This document shows, in pieces, positions 12,492 to 25,385 of a stretch of 64,000 nucleotides of DNA. Within the stretch, counting starts at the first letter, position 1; the number at the start of each line of letters is the position of its first letter. The translations under genes were made by a program, and so were the position numbers. The notes beneath the pieces were generated by a model. It did not search any database. It was not told the origin of the DNA and worked only from the letters and a program-made list of their open reading frames with translations. Origin of the DNA: Dendrobates tinctorius (lineage: Eukaryota); contig NW_027361678.1 in NCBI RefSeq assembly GCF_039654945.1, forward strand, positions 5,704,001-5,768,000. The letters are read 5' to 3'.

Positions 12492-14115
12492 TAGGAAAAA
12501 GAAAAAAAATCCTCCTACGGCCCCAGAGAAAAAAGAAGAAAAAATATATAAAAAAAAAAAAAAAAGTGTCAATTTTTTTTTTAACAACTTTTTCCTGCTT
12601 TTGAGTACCCTAGAATCTACGGTATGGCTGGTGATTCTGTTATGAATGGGTCACCGAGGAGAAAAAAGCAAAACAAGCAAAGTCACAGAAGACCAGAGAG
12701 GTTGGTAACTATGCAGATTGCAGATCCCTGATCTTACCTCACAACTAGCAGTAGACGTGGAGCATGTCTACGATGTTCCTAGATGCCTCATCATGGCCGG
12801 AGGACTAAATAAGCCTAAAGCAAAAAAGGGAAAACTAACTGCCCCAGAGCAGACCCCAAAGGAATAGATAGCCCCCACACATATTGACGGTGAAACAAGA
12901 TGAAGGCCCAAACACAGGCAGGAAAATAGGCTTAGCAAATGATGGAGTCCAAACTAACTAGACAGGAAAGGAAAGGAAAGACACTGTCTGCAACCTACAA
13001 AAAAACCCTACAAAAATCAAGTCCAACACTTCTGATAGCAAAATTAACCCTGAAGTCACTAGACTTCTCCCACTATATCAGCACTCTGAAATATTCTGAG
13101 ACAGAGCAAAAAGAGACCGAACTAGTAAGGGACAAAAAGCCAATTGGCAAAATATTGATATATAAGAGTGGAAATTTAGCACAGCCCCCAGCAGGGGCTG
13201 GCTGACCACACCAAAAAACTGAATAGACCAACAAAATCAAGTGTGAACATTAGCAGAAAAACTTAGCTTTAGATGACTGGAACAGAGCTGAAAACCAAGA
13301 GCTGACAAGCCAGAAGGAATCACCAGCAACTGAATAGGGCGTCGGCTGTCTTAAATCCAATCTGAGACTCCTGAGATCCAATCGTCATCCTCATTCTCAG
13401 GAGGCAGATCTCCACCGATCAAATCAGCCTCTCTACCTCCTGTTACCACCAGAGGGAGTCTGGAAGGAGAACTCGCAACTGGTGAACCAGAGAATGAACT
13501 CACAACAGCGGCCTCCACTTTACCCATACTCCTCGCCCTGGCAACAGACATGGTGGAGGAGTGGGTTTCCTCCTTTCTAAAAACTGCTCCTTCAGCCCTT
13601 TCCAACCCCCACCCTTCCTTATCCTCCCTTCTTTCGAGATTCACTCTGTCCGTATCTACTCTCCCTCTAATCTCCAAATGGCTGTCATATACCGACCATC
13701 GGGCTCAGTCACTGCCTTCATCGACCAATTCTCCACCTGGCTCCTCCACTTTCTCTCAGCTGACATCCCCACCATAATCATGGGGGACTTCAACATCCCC
13801 ATTGACACCCACCAGCCATCAGCCTCCAAACTCCTTTCACTTACCTCATCCTTTGAACTTAATCAGTGGTCCTCCACAGCCACCCACATGGACATACATT
13901 AGACCTCATCTTCACCCGTCTCTGTTCCCTACCCAATCTCACAACCTCTCCCTTCCCCCTATCTGACCACCATCTACTCACCTTCTCATCCTCATCCTTC
14001 TCACCTGCCCCCCATGTCCAGCCACTAGCACATCCTCGCAGAAACCTCGCACACCTAGACACTCACAGACTCTCAGACTCTCTTCTACCTCTGTCCTCCA
14101 TATGTTCACTCCACA

Positions 14116-15835
14116 ACAGTCCTTTCTTGATGACTAATTTCTCCCATTGGCGTAGCATCAGCAACATATCCTGAGACGAAGTCTGTCTCTGGGCGTCGGT
14201 GGGTAGTCTGCCGGTGGTCACCCATCGGCGTATGAGCCCAGTTTCTTCATCTTGCTGCTGTTGGATCCATATGTCACGTGATTGCTCCAGCACACCCCTT
14301 GGGGGTCCTTCTTGCGTGGCAGCCGTGAGCACGGCGGCGGTGAGGGCATATGGTGTCTCTTCTCCTTCCAATTCGTCGTCTCGACTTTTCCCTGGCGTTG
14401 TGTGCCGGATCCTGGAGAGGGCATCCGCGTGCTCATTTTCTGCTCCTCTTTTGTAGATGATCTTGTAGTTGAACTTGGCCATCCAGGCCACCCATCGCTG
14501 CTCCAGAGCCCCCAATTTTGCATTTTCCAAGTGGGAAGCGGGTTGTTATCGGTCCGCACCACCACTTCGGAGCCCACCAGGTACTCTGCGAACCTCTCCG
14601 TCATGGCCCACACTACCGCGAGGAGCTCGAGCTTAAAGGAGCTGTAATTGTCAGGGTTTCGCTCGGAGTCATGAAGTGATCGGGGCTACCATAAGTGATC
14701 ACTCTCTCCCGGCCATCCTGAACTTGTGACAATACAGCCCCTAGCCCATGGAGGCTCCCATCGGTGTGTAGTATGAACGGTTGCGAGAAATCCGCATAAG
14801 CTAACACCGGGGAACCTGAGAGCACAGTCTTAAGGTCTTGGAAGGACTCTTCTTGCGGTTGTTGCCACTGGATTTTCTGTCCATTCGCCCCTGCAGGAGC
14901 CCCCTTTAGCAGGTCCTGCAGGGCTCGGGCCCGGCGTGCAAAACGAAGGTAGTATCCGGCCAGCCCCAGGAAGGCCCGCACGTCTCATCATTTCGGGGGT
15001 AGGCCATCCCTGGATGGCAGCAAACTTTTCCAGGGACGGTCTAACACCCTCGGCAGAGACGACATGCCCCAGATATTCAATCTGGGTGCGAAACAGGTGG
15101 CATTTCTGGGCTTCACCTTCAACCCATACTTCTGCAGCCAGCCGAGCACCTGCCCCAACCGCCGCAGGTGGTCCTTAAACGTGACGGCATAGATGATTAT
15201 GTCTTCCAGATATATCAGTGTGGCTTCAAAGTTGAGATCCCCCAGACACCGCTCCATCAGCCGCTGAAAGGTCCCCAGGGCATTGGCCAGCCCGAACGGC
15301 ATTCGATTGAACTCGAACAGCCCCATGGGAAGGATGAACGCTGTCTTAGCCCTGTCTTCTTCCGACATCGGCACCTGCCAATACCCGTTGGCCAGATCTA
15401 AAGTTGAAAAGTACTTTGCCTTCCCAAGGCGGACAGGAATTCTTCTATGCGAGGCAACGGGTATGAGTCTTTGATGGTACAGGCATTCAGCTTTCTATAG
15501 TCCACGCAGAACCGCAGGGTGCCATCCTTTATGTGGACCAACACGATGGGAGCCGCCCAGGGGCTCTGGCTCTCCCGTATAATCCCCTTCCGCTGCATTT
15601 GGGCCAGTAAAGTTTTTACCTGCTGGTATAGTTATGGAGGGATTTGTCTGTATCGTTCCCATATGGGGGCCGTTCCTGCCGTGGGAATTCCGTGCGTGAT
15701 GGCTGTGGTGCATCCAAAATCATCCTCTTGGCTAGCGAATACCCCGTGATACTGTCCTAGTAGTATTTCTACCTGGAGAAGTTGGGTGGTAGCCAGACCA
15801 GAGAGTTCAGCCTGCATTCTTTGGTGGGATATCCT
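14116..15835 (-). mobile_element. pol: Gypsy pol fragment (RT-RNase H) of a different family; no LTRs visible
   Basis: SPWAAPIVLV, LRFCVDYRKLN, MPFGLANA, YLEDII, HTDGSLHGLGAVL, ENAKLGALEQRW; many frameshifts. Confidence 0.9.
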
Positions 15836-16510
15836 TGTATTAGATCAAAGTTACGCCCACATACCTCCTCTTGGTGAACTCATATAGGGGTTGGTTGTAG
15901 AATGGGCTTGGTCTTTTAGAATTTTGAGATCCCCAAGAGGATATCTTCAACTCCTGACTGTAGATATTCTTGTCATGTCTCCTATTGTGACTTCACATTT
16001 CTGTAGAGATGAAGCATGGCATGCATAGAATCTTCAATCGGGTCTATATTAAGTTGGAAGGGTTAGAATGGCAATGTGAGTTAATGTGTTTTGTTCATCA
16101 CTTCGCTACAATGCCGAAAATATATCTTCCATAAACATTGGATCAATGCAAAGCCCAATATTCATCACTGACCACTGGCTCCAAAAAGTCTGCGACCCAT
16201 GCTTTGATCAAAGGAAACTCAATCCCATAAGTTCAATGCGAGGGTGATATGTTCCCTCTCTGCAGAGGTCTATATGGATTTTAATTTTTCTCTACTACAC
16301 TTCTTCTTTTAGAGGTGGCATGGGGGACTTACTTACACATCGTCTTCCAAACCCATCTTCCTGGCATCCCCCTGTCATAACAGCCCGTCAGCTTTGCCTT
16401 TTTCGCTACCCATCTTGTACTTATTGGAAAAATTGTACTCCTGTAGAGCCAAATTCCACCACAGTAGTTTATCATTGTCATCGACCACCTTATGCAGCAA
16501 GTTGAGAGGG
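15836..16510 (-). mobile_element. Old L1-type ORF2 C-terminal fragment
   Basis: Hand translation gives WVADFLEPVVSDEYW and KCEVTIGDM, resembling the L1 C-terminal W..DL....W and zinc-knuckle region; heavily decayed. Confidence 0.45.
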
Positions 16511-16519
16511 TTATGGTTG

Positions 16520-19500
16520 GTCACTATGGTGAAGTTGCACCAGTATAGGTAGGGCTGCAGCTTCCACAGGGCTCACACTTTGGTGAGACACTCCTTCTCA
16601 ACAGTGGCATAGGCTACGTCCCGGTGTAAGTGCTTGCGGCTGATGAACATCACTGGATGCTCCTCCCCTCATTTACCTGGCTGAGCACGGCACCTAGGCC
16701 AAATGCACTGGTATCTGTTGAATTATAAATGACCAGGTGAATTCCAGGGCTTGTAGAACTGGGGAACTGACAATGGCATCCTTCAGCGCTGTGAAGGACC
16801 GCTCACTGTCATCTGTCCAGTTGACTGCTTGCAGTAGCTTCTTTTTGGTGAAGTCTGTCAGAATCTTAGCAAAAGGTACTATAGTTAGGGATGAACTTTC
16901 TTTAGTACCCTGTCGTACCTAAGAAGGACATCACTTGCTTCTCAGTGTTGGGGGTAGACCAGGAGGTGATAGCATCAACCGTCTCTTGCTCTCCCTGGGT
17001 TTCAGAGTTCCAATGCCCACTCGGTGACAGTGATACTGCACCCCATCATGCCTTTCTGACATTTCCTGGCTTTTTAGTGAAACCAGTGCCCTGGATCTGC
17101 CTGAGCACCTGCTCCACATTCCCGGGTGTTCCTCCCCGGTGGAACTGAAAGACGGCAATGTTGTTAGGTAGGCAACAGCAAACTCATCTAATCCCTCGAG
17201 TAGCTGGTTGACCAATTGCTGAAAAGTGGCAGGAGCATTTCTCATGCCAAAAAGGGCATGAAGATGAATTCATACAGTCCAAATGGGGTAATAATAATAA
17301 TAATAATCTTTATTTATATAGCGCCAACATATTCCGCAGCGCTTTACAGTTTAACAGTTTCAAAACACAAGTCATAAGTAACAACGCTAACAATACAATA
17401 ATTAAAGCAAAATAAGACGAAATAAGACGACCCTGCTCGTGAGAGCGTACAATCTACAATGAGGTGAGGGAGATACAGAGTACAGGTGTGTATTTACAAT
17501 GATGTATTTACAATGAAGGTCCAGCCATCTTGCGGGAGTGAAGGATGGATGGAGATAGTGAATGGGCTACACACGCACACTTACACAGAGAATGACTTTG
17601 ATTAGTGAATGTGATAAGCCGCTCTGAACAGGTGTGTTTTGAGGGAGCACCTAAAACTATGCAAATTGTGGATAGTCCTGATTTCTTGGGGTAGAGCATT
17701 CCAGAGGATAGGAGCAGCACGGGAGAAGTCTTGGAGTTGGGAGTGGGAGGTACGGATTAGTGCAGAGGTTAGTCGAAAGTCGTTTGCAGAGCGCAGCGAT
17801 CGGCTAGGCCGATAGACAGAAATGAGAGAAGAGATGTAAGGGGGTGCCGCACTGTGGAGAGCTTTGTGGGTGAGAACAAGTACTTTGAATTGGATCCTAT
17901 AATGAATGGGCAGCCAATGTAAGGACTGGCGAAGAGCGGACGCGTCCGAGTACCGATTACCCAGATGGACGATCCTGGCTGCTGCATTAAGTATGGACTG
18001 GAGATGGGATAGTCGAGTGACGGGGAGGCCAATTAATAGAGCGTTGCAGTAATCCAGGCGAGAGTGGATCAATGCAACAGTGAGGGTTTTTGTTGTTTCC
18101 ATAGTGAGAAAAGGGCGGATTCTAGAGATGTTCTTTAGGTGTAAGCGGCAAGAGCGGGCAAGGGATTGTATATGGGATGTAAAGGAGAGATTGGTGTCAA
18201 ACATAACACCCAGACAGCGCACCTGCTGCCGGGGTGTTATTGTGGTACCACCCACGGAGAGGGAAATGTCAGATTTAGGGAGGTTAGTAGACGGCGGGAG
18301 CAGAAGAAGTTCAGTTTTGGAGAGGTTGAGTTTCAGATAGAGAGCGGACATGATATTGGAGACTGCGGACAGACAGTCACTGGCGTTCTGTAGTACAGCG
18401 GGGGTAAGGTCGGGGGAAGACGTGTATAGTTGTGTGTCATCAGCATAAAGATGGTACTGAAAGCCAAATCTGATGATGGTCTGTCCAATTGGGGCCGTGT
18501 AGAGAGAGAAAAGAAGGGGGCCAAGGACTGAGCCCTGAGGTACCCCGACAGCAAGAGGAAGAGGAGATGACGTGGAGCCAGAGAACAAAACACTGAAGGA
18601 GCGGTCAGAGAGATAGGAAGAGAACCAGGAGAGTGCAGTGTCCTTAATGCCTAGTGACTGGAGCCTAGAGAGTAGGAGATGGTGGTCAACAGTATCGAAA
18701 GCTGCAGATAGGTCAAGAAGAATGAGCAGAGAGTGGTCACCGTTACGTTTTGCTGTCAGAAGGTCATTGGTCACTTTGATGAGTGCAGTTTCAGTCGAAT
18801 GTAGGGGGCGGAAGCCGGACTGTGAAGGGTCTAGAAGGGAGTGAATGGAGAGGTAACGGGTAAGGCGGGAGTAAACTAGGCGTTCCAAAAGTTTAGAGAT
18901 GAAGGGGAGATTGGAGACTGGTCTGTAGTTGTTTGTGCAGGATGGGTCGAGAGCAGGTTTCTTTAGTAGTGGAGTAACGATGGCGTGTTTGAAGGAGGAT
19001 GGGAAAATGCCCGAGGAGAGGGAGAGATTAAAGATTGTAGTTAGGTGGGTTGTGACGACTGGAGAGAGAGACTGGAGGAGATGTGAGGGAATGGGGTCGG
19101 TAGTGCATGTAGTCGGACAAGAAGAAGAGAGGAGTCTGGAGACTTCTTCTTCTGTTATGGGATCAAATGTGGAGAGTGAGCCAGGGGAGATGTAGGAAGG
19201 GATGGGAGTCACAGCACTTGGTGGTTGGGAGCAGATTTCTTGACGGATATTATCTATTTTTTCTGTAAAGTGGGAGGCCAGGTCATCAGCACAAATGTCT
19301 GTGATAGGGGCTTGTGCTTTTGGCCTGAGGAGGGAGTGAAAAGTGTCAAAAAGTTTCTTGGGGTTGTTGGCTAGTGAGGAGATCAGGGTGGTGAAGTAGG
19401 TCTGTTTGGCAAGGTGAAGGGCAGCGTTATAGGTTCTTAACATAAATTTGAAGTGGATGAAGTCTTCTGGTGTGCGGGTTTTTCTCCATAGGCGTTCAGC

Positions 19501-21460
19501 ACTCCTGGAGCATCGCTGGAGAAGTTGAGTTTGCGATGTGAGCCAGGGCTCTTTTACTCTGTGTTTGGAGGTTCTGAGGGTGAGGGGAGCTACTTGGTCA
19601 AGGGTGCTTCTAAGAGTGTCATTGTAGTGATAAACAGCCAGATTAGGACAGGAAAGAGAGGAGATTGGGGACAGAGATGAGTGTAGGGAATCTGAAAGTG
19701 TCTGAGGGTTAATAGCTTGTAGATTTCTGACTGTGTGGTAGGTAGGAATGAGCTGGGGTGGGCGAGGATTTGTGAGCGTGAAGGAGAGAATGTTGTGGTC
19801 AGAGTGGAAGCGGTGAGTTGTTTAGGTGGGAGATTGAACAGAGCCGGCAGAAGACCAGATCAAGGGTGTTACCGTCCTTATGTGTCTCAGAGGTTGAAAG
19901 CTGTGAGAGGCCTAGAGAGGTGGTTAGTGATAGAAGCTGGGATGCAGATGTGGAATTAGGGCTGTTAATGGGGGATGTTGAAGTCTCCCAGGATGAGGGT
20001 TGGTGGTTCTGAGGAGATGAAGTGTGGCAGCCAGGCTGAAAAGTGGTCAAGGAAGAGGGTGGGTGAGCCTGGGGGCCGGTATATGACCGCTACCCTGAGG
20101 GAGAGGGGACGGAAGAGCCTGATGGTGTGGACCTCAAAAGAAGGGAATAAGAGTGATGGGACTGGGGGGGATGACCTGGAAAGTGCATTGTGGGGACAGG
20201 AGTATGCCAACTCCACCACCAGGTCTGTTTGTGGGTCTCGGGGAGTGAGAGAATTGTAAGCCACCTTAGGAAATGGCAGCAGGAGAGACAGTGTCAGAAT
20301 CCTGAATCCAGGTTTCAGTGAGGGCCAACAGATTAAGAGAGTTGTTCAGAAAGTAGTTGTGTAGGAAAGGAAGCTTGTTACAAGCAGACCATGGATTCCA
20401 GAGGGCACAATAAAAAAATTGAGATGAGGGAGTGCAAGTAATGTTAATCAGATTATTGTGGTTTCGATATGAGGTAGGGTAGGGGTCGAGGTTGGGGGAT
20501 GGTGGACCAGGGTTGGGGGAGATGTCCCCTGAAATCAGTAGGAGAAGGAAGATAAAGAGCCAATAGTTGTTGGAGTTGTAAGTAGTTTTTTTCTGCGATG
20601 TGTTTGGGCAAGATGGGCTGAGGTTTCTCAGGAAGGTGAGGAGTGTGTGGGAGCTGTACATGGGAGAGGGAAGTATAGAGGGGCTGATGTGTATGAGTCG
20701 TGATGGAGGGGGGATAGGGTGATGAATGTGGATGGCAAGGGAACACAGGAGGATAAAAATAAAGCACATGGTTAAAGGGGAAGGCAAGGTGTGGGTTACC
20801 TGACTCCTGCCCTGACTAACTGCCATGTATAACTGCCGTTTTGCTGGATGCTTATCTTCTGTGATGCTTTGCTTATGGGATGCTTGCGTGCTGTACCCCA
20901 CACTGCGTGCTTCCCCTTAGCAACTACTACATATATAGGTCACACTACAGGGTCAGGAGAGAGGGATTGTGGGAGATGGTTGGGTATAATTTGGCAGCTG
21001 GGGCCAGCACACCAGGGGATGGGTAATGAAGATGGACCTCTCCTGTGCTTCCTTGGACATAGGAATCTGCCAGTAACCTTGACTCAGTTCCATGATTGTC
21101 AAATATAAGGCACCGGCTAAGCGATCTGGCAGCTCATTGATACGTGGTATTGGGTACTCATCATGGGCTGTGATGGCATTTAGCTTTCTGTAGTTCACGC
21201 TCAGCCGGGTCATTTTTTCGGGACCAGGACTACAGGCGATGCTCACGCTCTTTTGGATCACTTCCAGGCATAACATTTCATCTATCACCCTTTTGATGTC
21301 CTTTGCACCTCTAGGGAGACACGGTATGCACGTTGGTGGACAGGGTGGTGACTCCCTGTGTCCAGCTGGTGGATGGCTAGCTTCCCTGGTATACAAGTGA
21401 AGATGGTCACGTAAGGCCGGAACACCTCCCGCAGCTGGGACCTCTGGTCCATGGATAGCT
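16520..21460 (-). mobile_element. pol: Gypsy RT-RNase H fragment (third family) interrupted by the L2 at 17293-21018
   Basis: NYRKLNAIT and GYWQIPMS..FIT (right part) continue as ITPFGLYEF and MRNAPATFQ (left part). Confidence 0.85.
17293..21018 (-). mobile_element. Near full-length L2 LINE with (TAA)n 3' tail; single EN-RT ORF from ~20769 to 17602 with a few lesions
   Basis: 613-aa RT ORF ([24 protein letters not shown]), APE motifs (LTETW, GDFN, TLDL), TAA-repeat tail at 17289-17307, flanking ATGGG(G)TAAT duplication. Confidence 0.95.
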
Positions 21461-22771
21461 GCAGGTTCCCTTTAAGCATTTGCTGTCAGATTTGCTTAAC
21501 ACTTGGCAGCGTATGTCAGCTGTCAGGTTCCCTTTAATCTCCCTGTATTGTCACCACTGTTTAAATGAAATATAACATAGTGCCCAATTAAAGCAGAAGA
21601 CTGTTTACAAAATGCATGGAAATGCCTGTGGTCATCCAGAAAGCCAATAGGAGAAGGTCCTAATCGCGAGACCTCCATCTATTTATTACTCCATTAACAG
21701 AGGTTGTCTCAATGTTTTATATCTGTAAAGTTGCAAAATGTTTGTAAATAGAAGCAACTTTTGCTATTTTCTTTGTATTAAAAATCCTTTCATTTCCCAA
21801 AAACGGAGGGATTTTTAATCTTTATAGTTTACTACTCTTCACCTCTGTTACTGGCCACAGCTGCTATCAGAGGTGGCCTGTCTCACAGTCAAGCAGAGTA
21901 GCACTTGCAAACTCTTTGCTATTGAGCAGGGGTACACAACTAGCAACCCGGAGGCCACATGGGACCCACGCTACCCTTCTGTGGGGCCTTCAACCATCTG
22001 CATAGTGTCTGGTCACATGTATTTTCCATGTCATGGAGTAGAACAGTGGTGCGTATTATCATGGGGATGGGTAATTATGAATGATGTGCCATTATGTCAT
22101 TTCTGATGCTGCCATATTTTGGCAGAATGGACAAGTTTTCATTCATCTAGCACAGAAAGGAGCAAATTACATGAAGAAGTGGCCATGCTTGAGTACTGCT
22201 TTATTCATATTGTATGTTATGGGAGAAAGGAAATGACTGTTTCGGCATCTGACAAATACTACAACGAAGAGAGGTGAATGCATAGTCTCTTCCTTTCTAG
22301 ACTGCAAACCAGTGAGAAGGATGCGTCTACCTTTCTGAAAAGTGAGAGCCCTAAAAATTGAACCAGCACCAATTAGATATTTACGTATAATACATCCTTT
22401 CAATATGCAGTAAATGTCTCAGAAGGAAATACTTTGGTAATATTGCCACACATGGGGTAAGTTCAATCTGATAATGTTGCCTTTGGACCCCAAAATGTTG
22501 TGTACCCCTGCCATAGATCAAGCATGCCCCACTTTGAAGCTGGCCGGATCTGGTGTGCCTCAGTTTCTCTGTGCTCCTCTGATGTTGAAGAGGCAGAGTT
22601 GGCTGTGCCTGCAGCATAGGAGACCAAGCAGGTTGTGACATCGGCTCAGCCATGCCACCAGTTTACACTATCAATCATAAGGACCACCCTATCTCCTGGC
22701 ACGTAGATAGTCGGGAGGCAGATTAACATTGATGCAGAGAATAATCCTTTAGTGCAAATATTGAAAATACT

Positions 22772-23164
22772 TGTTAGGCTCATCTGGTGAGGTGGATCCT
22801 CTAAGTCTCAGGTCCAGGTGGGCACATGGACCCCAGGCATTGATTCAGCAAGGCACATGGGAAGTGTGTATTTGGCACACTCAAGAATCTTAGGAGAAGC
22901 AGGATGAATGAAGTGGAACACAGGAGAGATGGAAGCAAGTCGAAGCACAGTATGCACAGAAGTTGGAACATGTCAAACATAGAGGTCTAGAGTCTCAATC
23001 CCCAAGACACAGGTGTATGTCTTAATGGGCCTTAAATGGGGTTAGGAAGAAGATGTCATTGATCCAACCGGGCAACTTGGAAAACTCAATGTGGAGAACA
23101 ACAGAGAGCAGTGGACCCAGAGGAAGGAAGCAGAGACTGGGATACCCAGGATAGGTGTGTAACA
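22772..23164. repeat. Solo LTR
   Basis: TGTTA...TAACA termini; 5-bp TSD ATACT/TTACT with one mismatch. Confidence 0.65.
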
Positions 23165-24387
23165 TTACTTTTATAATACGGACATGTTAATTATGGAATC
23201 TCATAATAAAAATTCTACATGGCTTCCAAGATAGAATTCTGCTTAGACTCACATTTTTAAGCAATCTCCAAGACTGATAAAGTATGAGCATCTATGCCAT
23301 ACATTGTGATCAGTTTTGTATTCATATGGACAGATGTAATACTTCTACTGCAATTTAGTTAGCAAAATGGACACATGGGATTTGCCTGATGTCATCCTGT
23401 TATAAAAGCAATCTTCTCCCAGCATGCTCTCCGTTCTACCTTCCTCTAAGGTGACAGCAAAACAGAAAACTCATTAACTGCCTGCATTATATCAACGATA
23501 AGAACTAAACTGTTGTGTTATGCATTCTAAGTTGGAGCAATTAATTCTCTCACTTACTTAAACTGATCAAGATTTAATTACCATCACTTTGTGCAATTAC
23601 TCCATAATTAAAGTAATTTGGATCATTCCACTTACTGACAGTGTCATTGAACAGCCATTTATAACACCAAAAGGAGAGATAATTAACTTACTACTGCTCA
23701 AGGCGCTGTATTAAACCAGAAAAGCTCACAGTAAGTTATTTCCAAATGTACATAACAATATGATAAGGACATTACATAAGATTCTGAATACCATGAAATG
23801 TGATCAAAATTGTCACAGAAAAGGGCAAAAATCCATTTAACAGACAAAAATATGAAAGGGTTTTGGTCAAACGTCTTTTAAGAGAAAAAACAAAAAAAAA
23901 ACCCTCTTTCAAAACACACTGCATGAGGACTTGAAATCCATCCCACGTATGACTTAATAATTGTGATTTAACTGAAGGAATAAAGTGCTTATTAGAACAG
24001 TATGAGGTCAATTATAAAGGCATAGTGCATTATTCACGTATGTGCCTTGTTTAGTTCTGTTGAGTACACTTTTGTGAAATTACCTCCCTCATTATTCTTC
24101 ACATTCTTGATCTTCTTATTATACTTCAAAACAACTAATTCTTTTGTTCTGGACAAAAACTATTGATTCTTTTTGTGGGCTAACACTTGCCTTTGACCTT
24201 CCAGTTTAGGAGCAAAAGTGTCAACCCTCTTGTTATGGGGCAAATGTACTTACTTCCTTCTTTGTCATTCAGCTATTACGTGTGTTGTCATTAACCAGAA
24301 CTCTTTTTTTTTCTTTATTGAATCACACTTTGCTACTTGTTACAGATCAAAACTATTGACCTTCTTCTCATGGCGTAAACTCTTATC

Positions 24388-24689
24388 CCGTTGAGCCTCC
24401 AGCCTTGGGCCAAGACCGTTGAGCCTCCAGCCTTGGGCCAAGACCGTTGAGCCTCCAGCCTTGGGCCAAGACCGCTGAGCCTCCAGCCTTGGGCCAAGAC
24501 CGCTGAGCCTCCAGCCTTGGGCCAAGACCGCTGAGCCTCCAGCCTTGGGCCAAGACCGCTGAGCCTCCAGCCTTGGGCCAAGACCGCTGAGCCTCCAGCC
24601 TTGGGCCAAGACCGCTGAGCCTCCAGCCTTGGGCCAAGACCGCTGAGCCTCCAGCCTTGGGCCAAGACCGCTGAGCCTCCAGCCTTGGG
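24388..24689. repeat. 28-bp minisatellite, ~10.8 copies (CCGCTGAGCCTCCAGCCTTGGGCCAAGA)
   Basis: Head-to-tail copies without spacers; the first three copies have T instead of C at position 4. Confidence 0.97.
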
Positions 24690-24994
24690 ACATTATCTTT
24701 GAAGTTGCTGATATAAATCTCTTCACCATCTTATTGAAGGGTGGAGAAAAACAGTGAAAGAACTATCAATTGTTTGAAATGAAGATCTTTTCTGTGATAA
24801 CAACCATAATATAAATGTCTGTTCATCCTACATAAATTGTTACTCGCTGGTTATGCCAAAAAATCATTTTATCACATCATTCTTTTCTTCATTTACATTT
24901 TTAAAAAATACATCTTTGATTTTTCCTCAATATGCATTTAAACTTTTGATAATCTGCGAAACCTGAACTGCTTAATTAACCTTACGTCAGCAGA

Positions 24995-25385
24995 CAGGGT
25001 CGGACTGGGGCACCGGGACACCGGAGAATCCTCCGGTGGCACACCCCTAGCCCCAGCTCCTAACACCCACAAAGGGGGCCCCCTGCATCTGCAGCCCCTT
25101 TATGAAGTGCACAGACAGTGTACAGCATTCCTTACAGTGAATAATGCTGTGCATGCTCTGAAGTCCTTGCTTGTATTTCCCAAACCCTCCTAGATCGTGA
25201 GGCGGTTCAGTAGACTGAGGATCACTGCAGATTGTAGGCTTGTCAGAAGACGTGAGTCTTCAGGTTCCTTTTGTTTGGCATTAACTCATTTTGCAACAGA
25301 ATTGGTATTATTTCTATATAACTGTACGGTGGGCCCCAAGAATGATTTTTCTCTGGTGGACCCAAGGTACTCCAGTCTGACGCTG
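24995..25385. mobile_element. hAT-type MITE (391 bp)
   Basis: TIRs CAGGGTCGGACTGG / CCAGTCTGACGCTG; perfect 8-bp TSD TCAGCAGA (24987-24994 and 25386-25393). Confidence 0.9.

Larger units (their letters stand above)
7582..13507 (-). mobile_element. Full-length Gypsy (Tf1/sushi chromovirus) provirus, family A copy 2; LTRs 12638-13507 (5') and 7582-8454 (3'); disabled by frameshifts and stops
   Basis: Two ~870-bp LTRs (roughly 95-96% identical by eye), GCGGCC TSD on both sides, PPT at 8455-8467, gag-PR-RT-RH-IN-chromodomain order. Confidence 0.97.
6985..14115 (+). mobile_element. L2 LINE 5' part (leader, 2A-like motif, APE endonuclease), split by the Gypsy provirus 7582-13507
   Basis: ORF from 7058 has GDISPNPGP and ALWNARS. 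Removing the provirus and one TSD copy restores ALSYGGLHFTHTPRPGNRHGGGVG, followed by IYRP, MGDFN, TLDL and LSDH. The 5' boundary is approximate. Confidence 0.9.

Noticed and set aside
12492-12620. Intron-like T-rich tract at the start of gag
   Set aside because: Better explained as 5' UTR with the start codon mutated (ATA GAG ATT AAG); donor site is weak
7582-13507. Uneven LTR-LTR divergence (more differences in the U5 half)
   Set aside because: Counts made by eye are small and many are CpG transitions; not enough to claim conversion or recombination
24333-24729. 28-bp repeats as a CRISPR array or repeat protein
   Set aside because: No spacers, no cas genes, eukaryotic context; all three frames are open merely because of the unit sequence
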